64,000 bases of DNA, taken from contig CAWFQB010000004.1 of NCBI GenBank assembly GCA_963817895.1, forward strand, positions 864,001-928,000. Direction: 5' to 3'. Of the stretch, positions 1 through 11,366 are shown one piece after another (within the stretch, counting starts at the first letter, position 1; every line of letters begins with the position of its first letter). The notes beneath the pieces are model-generated. The model did not search any database. It was not told where the DNA came from and saw only the letters and a program-made list of their open reading frames with translations. The DNA comes from an uncultured Chthonomonadaceae bacterium (lineage in GTDB: Bacteria; Armatimonadota; Chthonomonadetes; Chthonomonadales; Chthonomonadaceae). The translations under genes were made by a program, and so were the position numbers.

Positions 1-1396
1 GCCATTCCGCGCGGCAGCATCTATGACCGGGCGAATCGCATACTGGCAACATCGCGCCCGGAAGAGATCAAACAGATTGCGCCGGAACGGGCGGTTCGTC
101 TTGCGGACAGCCAGACGCGCCTGTACCCTTACGGCGCAGCATTGGCGCATCTTGTCGGGTACGTGGACGCCAATGTCGGCGGGCCATTCGGCATGATGGA
201 ACGCGGCTACAACAATGATTTGCGCGGGTATGTAAAATTTTCTGATCTGCTGCCGGATTATCGGAACCGCAACCTGCCGGGGTATCAGCCGCGCAACGGA
301 CACGACCTGCATCTTACCATAGACGCCAATTTGCAGCGGGACGCGCAGCAGATTCTAGCGAAAGCGGCGGGCAAGCAAATTGATAAAACTACGCATAAAC
401 CGAAAGACCGGGCGGCGTTTGTGCTGATGTCACCGGAAACGGGAGATGTGCTTGTCGCGGCCACCTACCCGACCTTTGACCCGAACGCGCTCACGCCCGA
501 ACTGTACCACAGCCTGATTCTTGGCCCGGACGCCGAGCAGGAACATCCGCTTATCAACCGGGCGATGAACGGCTGGTATCCGCCCGGTTCCACGATGAAA
601 GTGGCGACTGCCGCGTTTGCCATTGACACGCTGCCGAACGCATTAGAATATCGCGTTGCCTGTAACCGCGTATCGGACGTGATACGCTGGCAGGCGGGCG
701 GCAAAACATACGCGGTGCATGGCATCCACGATGATAAGGGCGACCCTGCGTTTTGGAACCATTGCGATGCCGAGGGGGTTTACGCAGTCCTCCAACATCT
801 ATTTCGCCACGCTGGCGTCAACGCTGAACTCTCAGGCATTTCACGGCACGCTGACGAACCGCATGGGTTTTCGCCACATCCCCAAACAGGCCGCGTTTGA
901 CGCCGACCTGCCGTATATCGGGTTCGGGCAGGGGCGGATGCAGGCGTCGCCGCTGGAAATGGCGCGGCTGGCTTCCGCCGTCGCCAACAACGGCGAAATG
1001 ATGGAGGCGCGAACCGTTTCCAGTCTGATTGATCCGGGCAAGGATGAGCGGGACAAAACGCGCAAAAAAGTGTTCGAGCCGAAACCGCTTGCGCAGTGCA
1101 TGAAGCGCGATACGGCGGAAACCCTGCGCGACCTGATGCACAGCGTCACTATCAGCGGCACGGCGGCAGGCGTGTTCAGCGATATACGCGTTCCGGTTGG
1201 CGGCAAGACAGGCACGGCGCAGAACGAGCAGTTCGACAAGGAGCCGCACTCGTGGTTCATCGGCTTTGCGCCCCTTGCGACGAAAACATTTCCGGTTGTG
1301 CCGAAGTACGCCTTTGCCTGCGTGGTGGAAAACGGCGGCTATGGGAAGCGCGTGGCGGGCCGCATTTGCGCTGATGTGCTGAAGAAGCTGTTTTAG
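1..1396 (+). CDS. Penicillin-binding protein, class B transpeptidase (5'-partial; one frameshift near 750)
   Basis: Frame 1 is open from base 1 (IPRGSIYDR). SxxK motif PGSTMK lies in the first ORF; SxN (QSSN) and KTG (GGKTGTAQ) lie in ORF 719..1396. Confidence 0.85.
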
Positions 1397-1405
1397 GGGA
1401 GAGTT

Positions 1406-1436
1406 TAGCCGCATATGAACGCGAATACACGCGAAT
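1406..1436. repeat. Dispersed 31-bp element of three 10-nt units (copy 1)
   Basis: TAGCCGCATATGAACGCGAATACACGCGAAT; near-identical copies at 44230-44260 and 49514-49544. Confidence 0.7.
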
Positions 1437-2239
1437 GGAAATACAAATATCAAGGCGTTCGTAAAATGGGCGTTCTGCTGTTGCTTATTGTTTTCTCTAA
1501 TGGCAAGCCTTATGCTAACGCGCAGCAAGGCAAGCCAACAGTAACACAGCCCTCGGTTGACTCGTGGACTGTTCCGGCGCAGTACCGGGGCAAGGCGATT
1601 AGCAGCGGCAGGCATGGTATTGCGATAAAGGCGGTTGCGCTGACGTTTGACGATGGGCCATCCGCAAATATCACGCCGCAAGTTCTGGCATTGCTGAAAC
1701 AGCATCATGCCCACGCGACGTTTTTTGTGATGGGGCAGAACGTGAAGCAGTATCCGCAACTGGTACGGCAGGCGGTTGTGGAAGGGCATGTAGTGGGTTG
1801 TCACACTTACACACACGCGATACGGCCTTCCCAATCAGTGGCGGAAAAAGAGATGCGGCAGACGCGGCAGTTAGTACGGCAGGTGATCGGGCGCGACCCG
1901 GTTTTGTTTCGCCCGCCGTATGGAGATGTGAAAAGCAACTATACCAGAATCGCGCGACAGGAAAAGGATGCCATTATCTTGTGGAGCGTGTCGGGCGCGG
2001 ATACCGCCACCCGCGATTACAAGGTTGTGCGCGACAATGTAACGGAAGGCATCAATTCCGGCGACATTGTACTGATGCACGACAGCAGCGGCAAAGCGCA
2101 CACTGCCAGAGCCTTACCCGAAATCCTCACCCGCCTCGAACAGCGCGGCTTCTCTTTCGTCACCATTCCTCAAATGCTTCAACTATCCGCACAAATTATT
2201 CGTTCTCAGAATTTCAGTGTGAAAAAGCAGGGTAGATAA
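1415..2239 (+). CDS. Secreted polysaccharide deacetylase (CE4/NodB family); true start may be ATG 1466
   Basis: Motifs ALTFDDGP, HTYTH, RPPYG and LMHD; N-terminal hydrophobic signal. Confidence 0.9.
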   Translation: MNANTREWKYKYQGVRKMGVLLLLIVFSNGKPYANAQQGKPTVTQPSVDSWTVPAQYRGKAISSGRHGIAIKAVALTFDDGPSANITPQVLALLKQHHAHATFFVMGQNVKQYPQLVRQAVVEGHVVGCHTYTHAIRPSQSVAEKEMRQTRQLVRQVIGRDPVLFRPPYGDVKSNYTRIARQEKDAIILWSVSGADTATRDYKVVRDNVTEGINSGDIVLMHDSSGKAHTARALPEILTRLEQRGFSFVTIPQMLQLSAQIIRSQNFSVKKQGR

Positions 2240-2245
2240 CCCTTG

Positions 2246-2587
2246 TCAAAGACCTTTGATACGGAAAAACGTTACGACGAAAAGCAAGAAGAATATTGCC
2301 AAAGCTGAAGTATATAGGTAAGCCACAAATCCGACTCCGAAATACTGAACGGTTAGTTTTGTCTTTGAAGTTTCAGGCAATTTGTCCAGTAGCTTATCTA
2401 AAACAAAAATCAAACATCAAACAATAAGAATGTTCTGTATGAGAATCCAAGCATTTGATGTAGAGCAATTTCGAAGCGTTACGTTTATCAAAGCCCAATA
2501 ATATCCCAACGCCAGAACGAAGCTGTACATCTGGATCAGACTTTGTCCAATATTCATAAAACCACGATGCCTAGATGTATAGGGCAT
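2246..2587 (-). pseudogene. Small AT-rich membrane protein interrupted by an in-frame TGA
   Basis: ATG 2587 with upstream GGAGAG/AGGA. After 56 codons there is a TGA (2417-2419), and the same frame continues with hydrophobic sequence (CLIFVLDKLL...FFLLFVVTFFRIKGL) to TGA 2246. Confidence 0.4.
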
Positions 2588-2738
2588 TTCCTGCTCTCCT
2601 GTGTGCCTGTGGGTATGCAAGCACTTACGATAACAGTGCTTTGATGGTTTCGCAGGACAAAGCCGTAGATGTGGCGAATCTACCTTCAATCGGTTTCAAA
2701 CATCAAAACCGCACAATGAAATAGACTGAGGCAAAACC

Positions 2739-4220
2739 ATGATCGAACAGGGTGGATACATCAAGGATATATTGAGCAGCGCGGCGGGGCAGACTGTCAC
2801 GGCACATGGTTGGGTGAAGACGCGGCGTGATCAGAAAGGCGTGTTTTTTGCCCAACTCAACGACGGCTCGTGCTTTGCGGACTTGCAGGTTGTCATTGAA
2901 GCGGGCGCGATTGGCGAGGACACGCTCAAAGATATCACGACGGGCGCGTGTCTGCGCGTGACCGGTGAACTGGTGGATAGTCCGGCGGCGGGGCAGAGCG
3001 TGGAGTTGAAGGCTAAAGAAGTCGAAATATACGGTGTTGCCGATCCGGGCGCGTATCCCCTGCAAAAGAAGGGGCATACGATGGAGTTTCTGCGCGACAT
3101 TGCGCACCTGCGTACCCGTTCCAACACATTCGGCGCGGTTTTCCGGGTTCGCAACGCGCTGGCGTGGGCTATCCACAGCTTTTTTCAGGAGCGTGGCTTT
3201 CTGTACGTGCATACGCCTATTATTACGGCGAGTGACGCGGAGGGCGCGGGCGCGATGTTTGGCGTCACCACGCTCGACCTGATGAACGTGCCGCGCATCA
3301 AGGCGGAAGCGAAAGCAGTGGGCGGGGAAGGCAGCACGGATGGTTCCGTTGCCAGTGGGGAAACCAAGCCGGACGCGAAACAGACGGCGCGCGTCAACTA
3401 CGAGTCGGACTTTTTCGGCAAACCGGCGTTTCTGACCGTGAGCGGGCAACTGGAAGCCGAGATTTTCGCGCTCAGTTTTTCCAATGTGTACACGTTCGGG
3501 CCGACGTTCCGGGCAGAAAACTCCAACACGCCGCGCCATCTGGCCGAGTTCTGGATGATCGAGCCGGAAATGGCGTTTTGCGATTTGCAGGGGAACATGC
3601 GGCTTGCCGAAAGTTTCCTGAAAAGCGTCATCAGCAAGGTGATGGATACCTGTCAGGCCGATCTGGAGTTTTTCAACAAGCGCATTGATAACACGGTTCT
3701 GGAAACGCTGGAACACGTCGTCACCAGCGATTTCGAGCATGTGACGTACACGGAAGCGATTCGTATTCTGGAACAGGCGCGGGATGGCGGGGCGGCGTTC
3801 GAGTTTCCGATTGGGTGGGGCGTGGATTTGCAAAGCGAACATGAGCGGTACCTGACCGAGCAGACGTTCAAGAAGCCCGTGATTGTGACGGACTACCCCA
3901 AAGAAATCAAAGCGTTTTACATGCGGGCCAACGACGATGATAAAACCGTTCGGGCAATGGACGTGCTGGCCCCGCGCATCGGCGAAATCATCGGCGGCAG
4001 TCAGCGCGAGGAACGCCATGACGTGCTGCTGGAAAAAATCCGTAAGCAGGAGTTGAACGAGGCCGCATACTGGTGGTATCTGGAACTGCGCAAATACGGC
4101 AGCGCGCCCCACGCCGGTTTCGGGTTGGGCTTTGAGCGCCTGATGCTGTACCTGACCGGCATGAAAAACATCCGCGACGTGATTCCCTTCCCGCGCACTC
4201 CCGGCAGCGCGGACTTCTAA
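2739..4220 (+). CDS. asnS: Asparagine--tRNA ligase
   Basis: OB-fold N-terminus, [44 protein letters not shown]. Confidence 0.97.
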   Translation: MIEQGGYIKDILSSAAGQTVTAHGWVKTRRDQKGVFFAQLNDGSCFADLQVVIEAGAIGEDTLKDITTGACLRVTGELVDSPAAGQSVELKAKEVEIYGVADPGAYPLQKKGHTMEFLRDIAHLRTRSNTFGAVFRVRNALAWAIHSFFQERGFLYVHTPIITASDAEGAGAMFGVTTLDLMNVPRIKAEAKAVGGEGSTDGSVASGETKPDAKQTARVNYESDFFGKPAFLTVSGQLEAEIFALSFSNVYTFGPTFRAENSNTPRHLAEFWMIEPEMAFCDLQGNMRLAESFLKSVISKVMDTCQADLEFFNKRIDNTVLETLEHVVTSDFEHVTYTEAIRILEQARDGGAAFEFPIGWGVDLQSEHERYLTEQTFKKPVIVTDYPKEIKAFYMRANDDDKTVRAMDVLAPRIGEIIGGSQREERHDVLLEKIRKQELNEAAYWWYLELRKYGSAPHAGFGLGFERLMLYLTGMKNIRDVIPFPRTPGSADF

Positions 4221-4287
4221 AGTGTAGACGTTAAATTAACATGCGGGAATGTCCAACCCACGTCGTTGGCTGGCAGGAGTAATCAAG

Positions 4288-4584
4288 ATGAGCGCAACTC
4301 AGGTAGAAACAACCATAAATTTAACCGAGGAGGAAGCGGAAAAGCTGCACTGCTTTCAGAACACCGTAGATGTCAAGACGCAGCGGCGTTTTCGCGCATT
4401 GAGGCGGCATCTGGAGCAGGAACAGTTGACCCATGAGGAGCATCAGGAGTTGATGGAACTGACAAATACTTTGGAGGGCATCAATGTTGCGCGTCTGGAG
4501 TTTTTGGCGGAAGTCGGCAGCCGACGCGGACTTCCGCTTGCAGATGTAATGCGCCTACTGAGCATACATTCGTTGCTGTCATGA
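4288..4584 (+). CDS. Small helical protein translationally coupled to the HNH nuclease (putative antitoxin/partner)
   Basis: AGGAG RBS before ATG 4288; ATGA overlap with the HNH gene; LTHEEHQELMEL pattern of the kind seen in small genes upstream of such HNH genes. Confidence 0.6.
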   Translation: MSATQVETTINLTEEEAEKLHCFQNTVDVKTQRRFRALRRHLEQEQLTHEEHQELMELTNTLEGINVARLEFLAEVGSRRGLPLADVMRLLSIHSLLS

Positions 4585-5018
4585 GCGTAACGTATATTCC
4601 GGCGCGTCTGAGACGCCTTGTTGTCGCAAAAGCGCGAAATCGTTGCGAGTATTGTCTCAGCCCGGATGCGTATTCGACATTTCCCTTCCATGTTGACCAT
4701 ATCATTCCTGAAAACAGGGGTGGCAGCACAACAGAAGATAATCTTGCCTACTCCTGCGGCTGCAATAGTTTCAAAGGCCAGTTTACCGAGGGGCTGGATG
4801 CACAAACGGGCAGTGTAGCCCCTTTGTTTCACCCACGCCTTGACCATTGGCAGGATCACTTCGCATGGAGCGAAGATAATCTGGAGGTTGTCGGCCTGAC
4901 AGCGAAAGGGCGAGTTACAATTACGATGCTGCAAATGAACAGGCTTGGTCTTATTGGATTACGGCGTCTGCTTATAGTACAAGGAGAACACCCGCCGCAA
5001 GAGGAACAAAGACTTTGA
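4581..5018 (+). CDS. HNH endonuclease
   Basis: RCEYC, FHVDHIIP...GGST...NLAYSCGCN..KG and LFHPR...W..HF.W motifs. Confidence 0.9.
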   Translation: MSVTYIPARLRRLVVAKARNRCEYCLSPDAYSTFPFHVDHIIPENRGGSTTEDNLAYSCGCNSFKGQFTEGLDAQTGSVAPLFHPRLDHWQDHFAWSEDNLEVVGLTAKGRVTITMLQMNRLGLIGLRRLLIVQGEHPPQEEQRL

Positions 5019-5038
5019 TACCTATATAATCACGCCTG

Positions 5039-6127
5039 ATGAGCATGAAGAACATTCATGACGTGATCTCGGTTTCATGGACACATTGTAATGCCGACTT
5101 TCAAGCACGTTTAGGATTGAATGAAATTCAATCCTTGAGGGTTAGGTTCAAAATGCTAGAAGAATTGTTCCGAGCAGTTAAAGAGGACGCACCAGCCATT
5201 ATACGAAATCTGGTGGCGTCTGGACAAGTAGATATCAACGCAACTGACAAAGAAGGACGCGCTGCGCTTCTCTTTGCTGTCGGAGATCGCATTCGTACCC
5301 ACGAACGAGTATTGATCGCTCTGCTTGAATGTGGGGCAAATATCAATGCGGTAGATACCAAAGGGCGCACCGCGTTGATCATTGCTGCACAGCAAGGCCA
5401 TACCCAAGTAGTAAAGTGGTTATGGAATAGAGGCGGGACCGCCGAACCAACTCTGCTTAATGCCGCTTTGTTATCGGGGCCGCGTGAAGTACAGGCCTTG
5501 CTTGATGCAGGCAACGACGTAAACGCGAAGGATATTGACGGCAATACAGCATTGGTATGGGCTGCAAGGCGAGGCCGTGTTGAAACGGTACTAAAGTTGA
5601 TTATGGCAGGCGCAGACGTGAATGCCGCTGACAATGAGGGTTACACCGTTTTGATGCGAGCCGTAGAAAAAGGTCATGTTGATGTTATACGAATGTTGCT
5701 CGAAGCGGGTGCTAATCCCAATGCAACGCAAATTTCGTATGTTGTTGAGCATACGCCACTTAGCGGTGCTTGCAACGCTGAGATTATCAAACTCTTGATA
5801 GAGAAAGGAGCAAGCGTTAAAAATCCTAGCGCTGTGTCTAAATTGTCTGTAGCTGTGCAGATGAACCTAATTGATGAGGCCAAAGTTCTTCTTGATGCTG
5901 GCGTTGACTTGAACAACCAAGATCAATATCGAGAGGGATTTACTCCATTGATGGATGCAGTTTATCAAGGTGACGATGCGATGGTACGCTTGCTGTTGAG
6001 GTACAATCCCGATGTTGAAATACGAAACGCTAGCGCGGAAACAGTGTATGATTTAGCGTCAAGGACATGGAACCAAGCAATTAGAGAATTGTTCTTTGAA
6101 AAACAAAATCATGGGAGCGATCTTTGA
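5039..6127 (+). CDS. Ankyrin-repeat protein
   Basis: Repeated D..G.TAL..A...G...VV..LL..GA.VN units. Confidence 0.9.
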   Translation: MSMKNIHDVISVSWTHCNADFQARLGLNEIQSLRVRFKMLEELFRAVKEDAPAIIRNLVASGQVDINATDKEGRAALLFAVGDRIRTHERVLIALLECGANINAVDTKGRTALIIAAQQGHTQVVKWLWNRGGTAEPTLLNAALLSGPREVQALLDAGNDVNAKDIDGNTALVWAARRGRVETVLKLIMAGADVNAADNEGYTVLMRAVEKGHVDVIRMLLEAGANPNATQISYVVEHTPLSGACNAEIIKLLIEKGASVKNPSAVSKLSVAVQMNLIDEAKVLLDAGVDLNNQDQYREGFTPLMDAVYQGDDAMVRLLLRYNPDVEIRNASAETVYDLASRTWNQAIRELFFEKQNHGSDL

Positions 6128-7002
6128 TGACTAACTTGATGACGCAGACGCTTGATGATACGCACCCGAAAATCAAGAAGATGCTGATAGAGCGTCAGCA
6201 TAAAATGTCCGATGCCGAAAAATGGCAGCGCGTTACTGAATTGACACAGATGGTGGAGTTGATGGCGCGGGCGGATATTCGGGAGAAATACCCGGAGGCG
6301 ACAGAACGCGAGTGCCAATTGCGAGTTGCAGCCCGTCGTTTACCAGCAGATATAATGCGTAAAGCGTTTGGCTGTGACCATGCGAAAGGAAATTTGCTGA
6401 TGTTGCCGGAACCGATTGTAGCAACGAGTCTGGTGATTCGTGTGTTGGAACAGCAAGGGCTTGTATACTGGATTGGCGGATCAATGGCAAGTTCCAAGTA
6501 CGGCGACCAGCGTTCTACACAGGATGTGGATATTGTTGTCAAGATGCAAGCTGAAGATGTGCCAACGTTAGCAGAAGCTTGGCAGCAGCATTTTTATGTG
6601 GACGAGGAGTTGATGTACGATGCGATTAGACTTCAGAGTTCGTTCAACATTATTCATCTGGAAACGACATTCAAAGCAGATATATTTGTCGCTCGTTCAG
6701 ACGCATGGACCGAGGAAGAGGCTTCGCGACGCAGGTTGGTAGAGTTGATTTCTGGTCACGAGTCCACACTGTTTTATATTGCAAGCCCGGAAGACATGAT
6801 TTTACAAAAGCTGAATTGGTTTCGCATGACAAATGGTGTATCGGAGCGGCAGTGGCGTGACGTGCAGAAGATGCTTGAAATTCAATCGCAAAATCTTGAG
6901 TACGATTATCTACACTATTGGGCGGCGGAGTTGAATTTAACGCGATTGCTGGAGCAGGCTTTGAGCGCGGCAAACGCAGCCACATCAGAGTCGCTGTTTT
7001 GA
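6127..7002 (+). CDS. MenA1-like helical antitoxin domain in frame with a MenT1-like nucleotidyltransferase (possibly two genes joined by an indel)
   Basis: C-terminal GGS.A.S.YG..R.T.DVDIVV, KADIF, SPEDMILQKL, QWRD (pol-beta NTase fold). Internal AAGGA RBS and TGATG at 6398-6402. Confidence 0.7.
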   Translation: MTNLMTQTLDDTHPKIKKMLIERQHKMSDAEKWQRVTELTQMVELMARADIREKYPEATERECQLRVAARRLPADIMRKAFGCDHAKGNLLMLPEPIVATSLVIRVLEQQGLVYWIGGSMASSKYGDQRSTQDVDIVVKMQAEDVPTLAEAWQQHFYVDEELMYDAIRLQSSFNIIHLETTFKADIFVARSDAWTEEEASRRRLVELISGHESTLFYIASPEDMILQKLNWFRMTNGVSERQWRDVQKMLEIQSQNLEYDYLHYWAAELNLTRLLEQALSAANAATSESLF

Positions 7003-7015
7003 GTGAGGCGCATAG

Positions 7016-9146
7016 ATGAAAGCAATTTGTGGTTACATCGTTGTTTGTACTTTGTTTCTCGTGGCAACTATACAATCCTCATTGGCACGTCCTTTGATTG
7101 CTGTGTTTTATGTGGCAATGAATGGGCGAGATACGTGGTCGGGGAAACTGTCTGCGCCCAATAAAGCGGGTACGGACGGACCGTTCGCCACTTTGACGCG
7201 GGCGCAGCAGGAGGCGCGTAGCGCGAGGAGTGGAACGGAAAACTTCGGCTGCGCGCGTGTTTTTGTCCGGGGTGGCGCGTACTCGCAAACGCAGAGTTTC
7301 ACCTTGACGCAACAGGATAGCAGCCTGAGCAGTTCGCTTCCCACATTGTACGCCGCATATAAGGATGAGACGGTACGAATTATCGGCGGGCGGGATGTGA
7401 TGGGCTGGAAGCTGGTGACGGATGAGGCCGTGTTGAGCCGCATGGAACCGGAATGTCGCGGCAAGGTAATGCAGGCGGACTTGAAGACGCAGGGGATTAC
7501 CGACTACGGCGAGATTGCGCCCAATGGACAAACATTCGCGCCCGCGCTGCACGGCTTGGAAGTGTTCTTTCAATCCAAACCGATGCAGATTGCCCGCTGG
7601 CCGAACAAAGGCTGGTCGTTTATTGCCGACACGCCCAAAGGACAAAACGGCGGCATGTTCACGTATGACGCGGCGAAGACGAATGACCGTCCGGCAAGGT
7701 GGAAAAACGCGGAAGATGTGTGGCTACACGGCTACTGGTCGTTCGATTGGGCGGATTCGTACACCAAAATCAAGTCGGTTGATACTGCCGCTCACGCCAT
7801 TTATACGCAGGAACCGCACGGCGCATACGGATACACCAAAGGCAAGCGGTTTTACGCGCTGAACGTTCTGGAGGAGTTAGACTCGCCGGGCGAATGGTAT
7901 TTGGATCGCAAAGCGGGAATACTCTACTTCTGGCCGACCGCGCCGATTACGGATGCAGAGCGTGTTACGGTATCGCTGTTGGACGCGCCCTTGCTGCGAC
8001 TGGATGGGGCTTCCAACATCACCGTGCAGGGCTTTACGCTGGAAGACACGCGGGGAACGGCGGTTGAGATTACGGGCGGGGAACATAACCGGATTGCCGC
8101 CTGTACCATTCGCAATACCGGGTTGGTGGGCATCAGCATTGACGGAGGCAAAGACAACGGCGTGGATAGCAGCACCCTGTACGATACGGGGCAGGGCGGT
8201 ATCAAATTGAATGGCGGCGACCGCAAAACGCTTGTGGCGGCGGGCAATTTCGCGCATAACAACGAGATACGCGATTACAGCCGTTGGGTGCGCTGTTACC
8301 GACCTGCGGTAGAAGTGAACGGCGTCGGCAACCGCGTTTCTCACAATCTCATTTACAACGGCCCGCACAACGCCATTCAGTTGAGCGGGAATGAGCATGT
8401 TATCGAGTACAACGACGCGCATAACGTGTGCCGCGAAACGGGCGACGTAGGCGCGTTCTATATGGGGCGTGACTGGACGATGCGCGGCAATGTGATTCGC
8501 TACAACTTCTTCCACAATCTGGGAGGATCGAAATCCGAGTTCGGCGGCGAAGGGTTTTTCGACGCGATGGGCGTGTATCTGGACGACGCGGCCAGTGGCA
8601 CAACCGTTTTGGGGAACGTCTTTTACAAAGCGGGGCGAGGTGTTCTGCTCGGCGGCGGGCGCGACAACGCCATAGACAACAACCTTTTCATTGAGTGTTC
8701 GCCGTCCGTGCATGTGGATGCGCGGGGAATCGAGCTGGGCCAAAAAGTACATCGAACCGGGCGGCGAGTGGCAGATGCAGCAGAAGCTCGCGGCAGTGGA
8801 TTACCAGAAGCCACCGTACAATGCCCGTTATCCGAAACTGGCGACGATAATGGAAGACAATCCCTATCTTCCCATAGGGACAACCGTAACGCGCAACATA
8901 AGTATGGGAGGAAAATGGCTGGAATTGCAGGACGGGCTGAACGACAAAACCGTGAAGATGGCAGACAATGTGGTTGAGGCTAAGTTTATTCCTGATGCGT
9001 TAGGCAATGATCGGTCTCAACTGGAAAGTATTTTATCCCGGCAGTATGCAAGCCATCATATACCCCTGGCGCAGATGGGATTGATGGTAAACGCCTATCG
9101 CAAGCGCCTGTCTTCTCCGACGACAGGCAAGTTGGAAGGTCGTTGA
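7016..9146 (+). CDS. Secreted right-handed parallel beta-helix protein (putative carbohydrate-active); frameshift near 8730
   Basis: Signal peptide, FYVA..G.D...G.....PFATL.RA start motif, ELD.PGEWY, PbH1-type repeats; continues in ORF 8691..9146. Confidence 0.8.
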
Positions 9147-10243
9147 TGGTATCTAATGGCGTAGCACTGCAATGGGAAGGGAAGCGGGCGGCGAAACAGA
9201 TGGTTCCGCCGCCTGTTTTAGGTTGCGTGGAGGAGTATGGAGCGATTAGTGAGGATGGTTGGATAAATCGTCTGATAAAGGGCGATAATCTGAGCTGTAT
9301 GGCAGCGTTGCAGGCAGAATATGAGAATAAGTTCGCGCTAATCTATCTTGACCCTCCGTTTTGCACCGGTTCAGATTTTCACATGTCCTCAACAAAAAAA
9401 CAGGCGGGAAACAGAAAGGTTTTGAGTAGTGAATCTGCTGACGATGCAGCAGGACAGGGGGCAGTTCCCGCATATACGGATAAATGGAATGGCGATCTGG
9501 CAACGTACCTGCAATGGCTGTACGACCGGCTAGTATTATGCCGGAAACTTTTGGCGGAAGATGGCGTTTTATATCTGCACTTGAACTGGCAGGCGGCGCA
9601 TTACGCGAAACTGCTGCTGGATGAGGTTTTCGGAATGGAGCGGTTTCAAAATGAAATCGTCTGGTGTTACCGGGAAGCGATTAACTCCAAGAGACGCTGG
9701 AACCGCAAGCACGACAATATTTTGTTTTACAGCAAGGGCGAACGCTTTACGTTCAATTACCAGACGGCGCAACAGCCGTATGCCGAGTCGAACATCCGCA
9801 AGTACCGACACCGGGATGAAAAAGGCGCGTATCGCCTGATGGGCAGAGGGATTGTAAACAGTCCCTTACGTTGCAAGCGCGACCTGCCGCTGGAATACGA
9901 GACGCTGTACCCCGGATTGACGTACCGGCACTATTTAGGCGGTGGCACGTTGCCGGTTGACTACTGGATGATTGACATCGAGAATCAGGCAAGCGCGCGG
10001 AGGACAGGGTATCCTACACAGAAGCCGGAAGCTCTGCTGGAGCGCATTCTGCTGGCCTCTACAAACGAGGGTGATCTCATCGGCGATTTTTGTTGTGGAA
10101 GCGGAACTACGCTTGCGGTGGCGCAAAGGTTGGGGCGCAGATGGATCGGCTGCGATGTGGGCGATATGGCGCTGCAAACGACGCGCAAGCGCCTGCTGGA
10201 AGTTGGATCAGCCTTCTCACTGGAGATGGTAACAGAAGTATGA
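9146..10243 (+). CDS. Site-specific DNA methyltransferase (N6/N4, beta class), no adjacent restriction enzyme
   Basis: Motif IV YLDPPF precedes YPTQKPE and motif I DFCCGSGTT. Confidence 0.9.
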   Translation: MVSNGVALQWEGKRAAKQMVPPPVLGCVEEYGAISEDGWINRLIKGDNLSCMAALQAEYENKFALIYLDPPFCTGSDFHMSSTKKQAGNRKVLSSESADDAAGQGAVPAYTDKWNGDLATYLQWLYDRLVLCRKLLAEDGVLYLHLNWQAAHYAKLLLDEVFGMERFQNEIVWCYREAINSKRRWNRKHDNILFYSKGERFTFNYQTAQQPYAESNIRKYRHRDEKGAYRLMGRGIVNSPLRCKRDLPLEYETLYPGLTYRHYLGGGTLPVDYWMIDIENQASARRTGYPTQKPEALLERILLASTNEGDLIGDFCCGSGTTLAVAQRLGRRWIGCDVGDMALQTTRKRLLEVGSAFSLEMVTEV

Positions 10244-10305
10244 AACCACCTGGCGCGGTTGATTAAGCAGACAAAAAACGATTAATTCTTTTTTTAAGGC
10301 TGCTC

Positions 10306-10334
10306 TTGACAATTTGGAGGGGCGGGTGTATACT
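10306..10334 (+). promoter_or_regulatory. rrn P1 sigma70-type promoter
   Basis: TTGACA-17 nt-TATACT with upstream A/T tract. Confidence 0.85.
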
Positions 10335-10398
10335 ATCCTTGTCTTCAGAAATGTACAGTGACAACCTCAAACGTTGAGAAAAACTTGAAAAAGCGCTC

Positions 10399-10427
10399 TT
10401 GACAAATGCAGTGAAGTGGTGTACAAT
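10399..10427 (+). promoter_or_regulatory. rrn P2 sigma70-type promoter
   Basis: TTGACA-17 nt-TACAAT with upstream A tracts. Confidence 0.85.
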
Positions 10428-10968
10428 ACTAAGGCTTGAACGAAAGACGCCCCGGAAACAAACTCCGAAGTGCTGTGCCAGAGAGTTCTCCTCCCGACAC
10501 AACCCACAGTGATAGAAACATTAAAGTAGTCTGGAATGTTCAACGGCTGACGCTCTCAATGTTAGAACGTTAGCTTGCTGTTGATCCTTGAGAGTCGCGT
10601 GTGAAATTTTGAGTTTCGTATACACGTGCCATAAGTAACTTTACAAATGTGGAGAAATTCACTAAAGATGGGCCAGGTTTCTGCAAAGGCTGTTCGCAGC
10701 CGATGCAAAAATAATGTTCAACATCTGACTGCTTCGGCAGTCAGTTCGCATCAAGTTAAATTGATGGAGAGTTTGATCCTGGCTCAGGACGAACGCTTGC
10801 GGCGTGCCTAAGAAATGCAAGTCGAGCGGAAGCAGCAATGCTTTAGCGGCGAACGGTCGCGTAACACGTAAGCAACCTGCCCGAAAGACCGGGACAACAC
10901 TCCGAAAGGGGTGCTAATACCGGATGTGCCCACTCTCTTGCATGTGAGGGTGAGTAAAACGCGCAAAA

Positions 10969-11056
10969 AACAGATATTAGGTAGTAGATATTAGATATTA
11001 GGGAAAGCCCGGTTGGGTTCGCTCTAATATCTAATATCTAGTATCTCCTATCTGTT
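10969..11056 (+). repeat. Heptamer-repeat hairpin inserted in 16S helix 10 (V2)
   Basis: TAGATATTAGATATTAG pairs with CTAATATCTAATATCTA; outer AACAGATA pairs with TATCTGTT. Confidence 0.85.
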
Positions 11057-11320
11057 CCTGTGGCGGCTTTTGGAGGGGCTTGCGGCCTATCAGATAGTTG
11101 GTGGGGTAACGGCCTACCAAGTCATCGACGGGTAGCTGGTCTGAGAGGATGGTCAGCCGGACTGGGACTGAGATACGGCCCAGACTCCTACGGGGGGCAG
11201 CAATTAGGAATCTTGTACAATGGGGGCAACCCTGATACAGCGACGCCGCGTGAGGGAGGAAGGCCTTCGGGTTGTAAACCTCTTTTAACCGGGAAGAAAC
11301 AAATGACGGTACCGGTGGAA

Positions 11321-11366
<46 letters not shown>

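Noticed and set aside
2703..4112. Long antisense ORFs (opposite asnS, the ABC ATPase, mutS, the giant permease and others)
   Set aside because: Typical antisense shadows of GC-rich coding sequence; no recognisable motifs.
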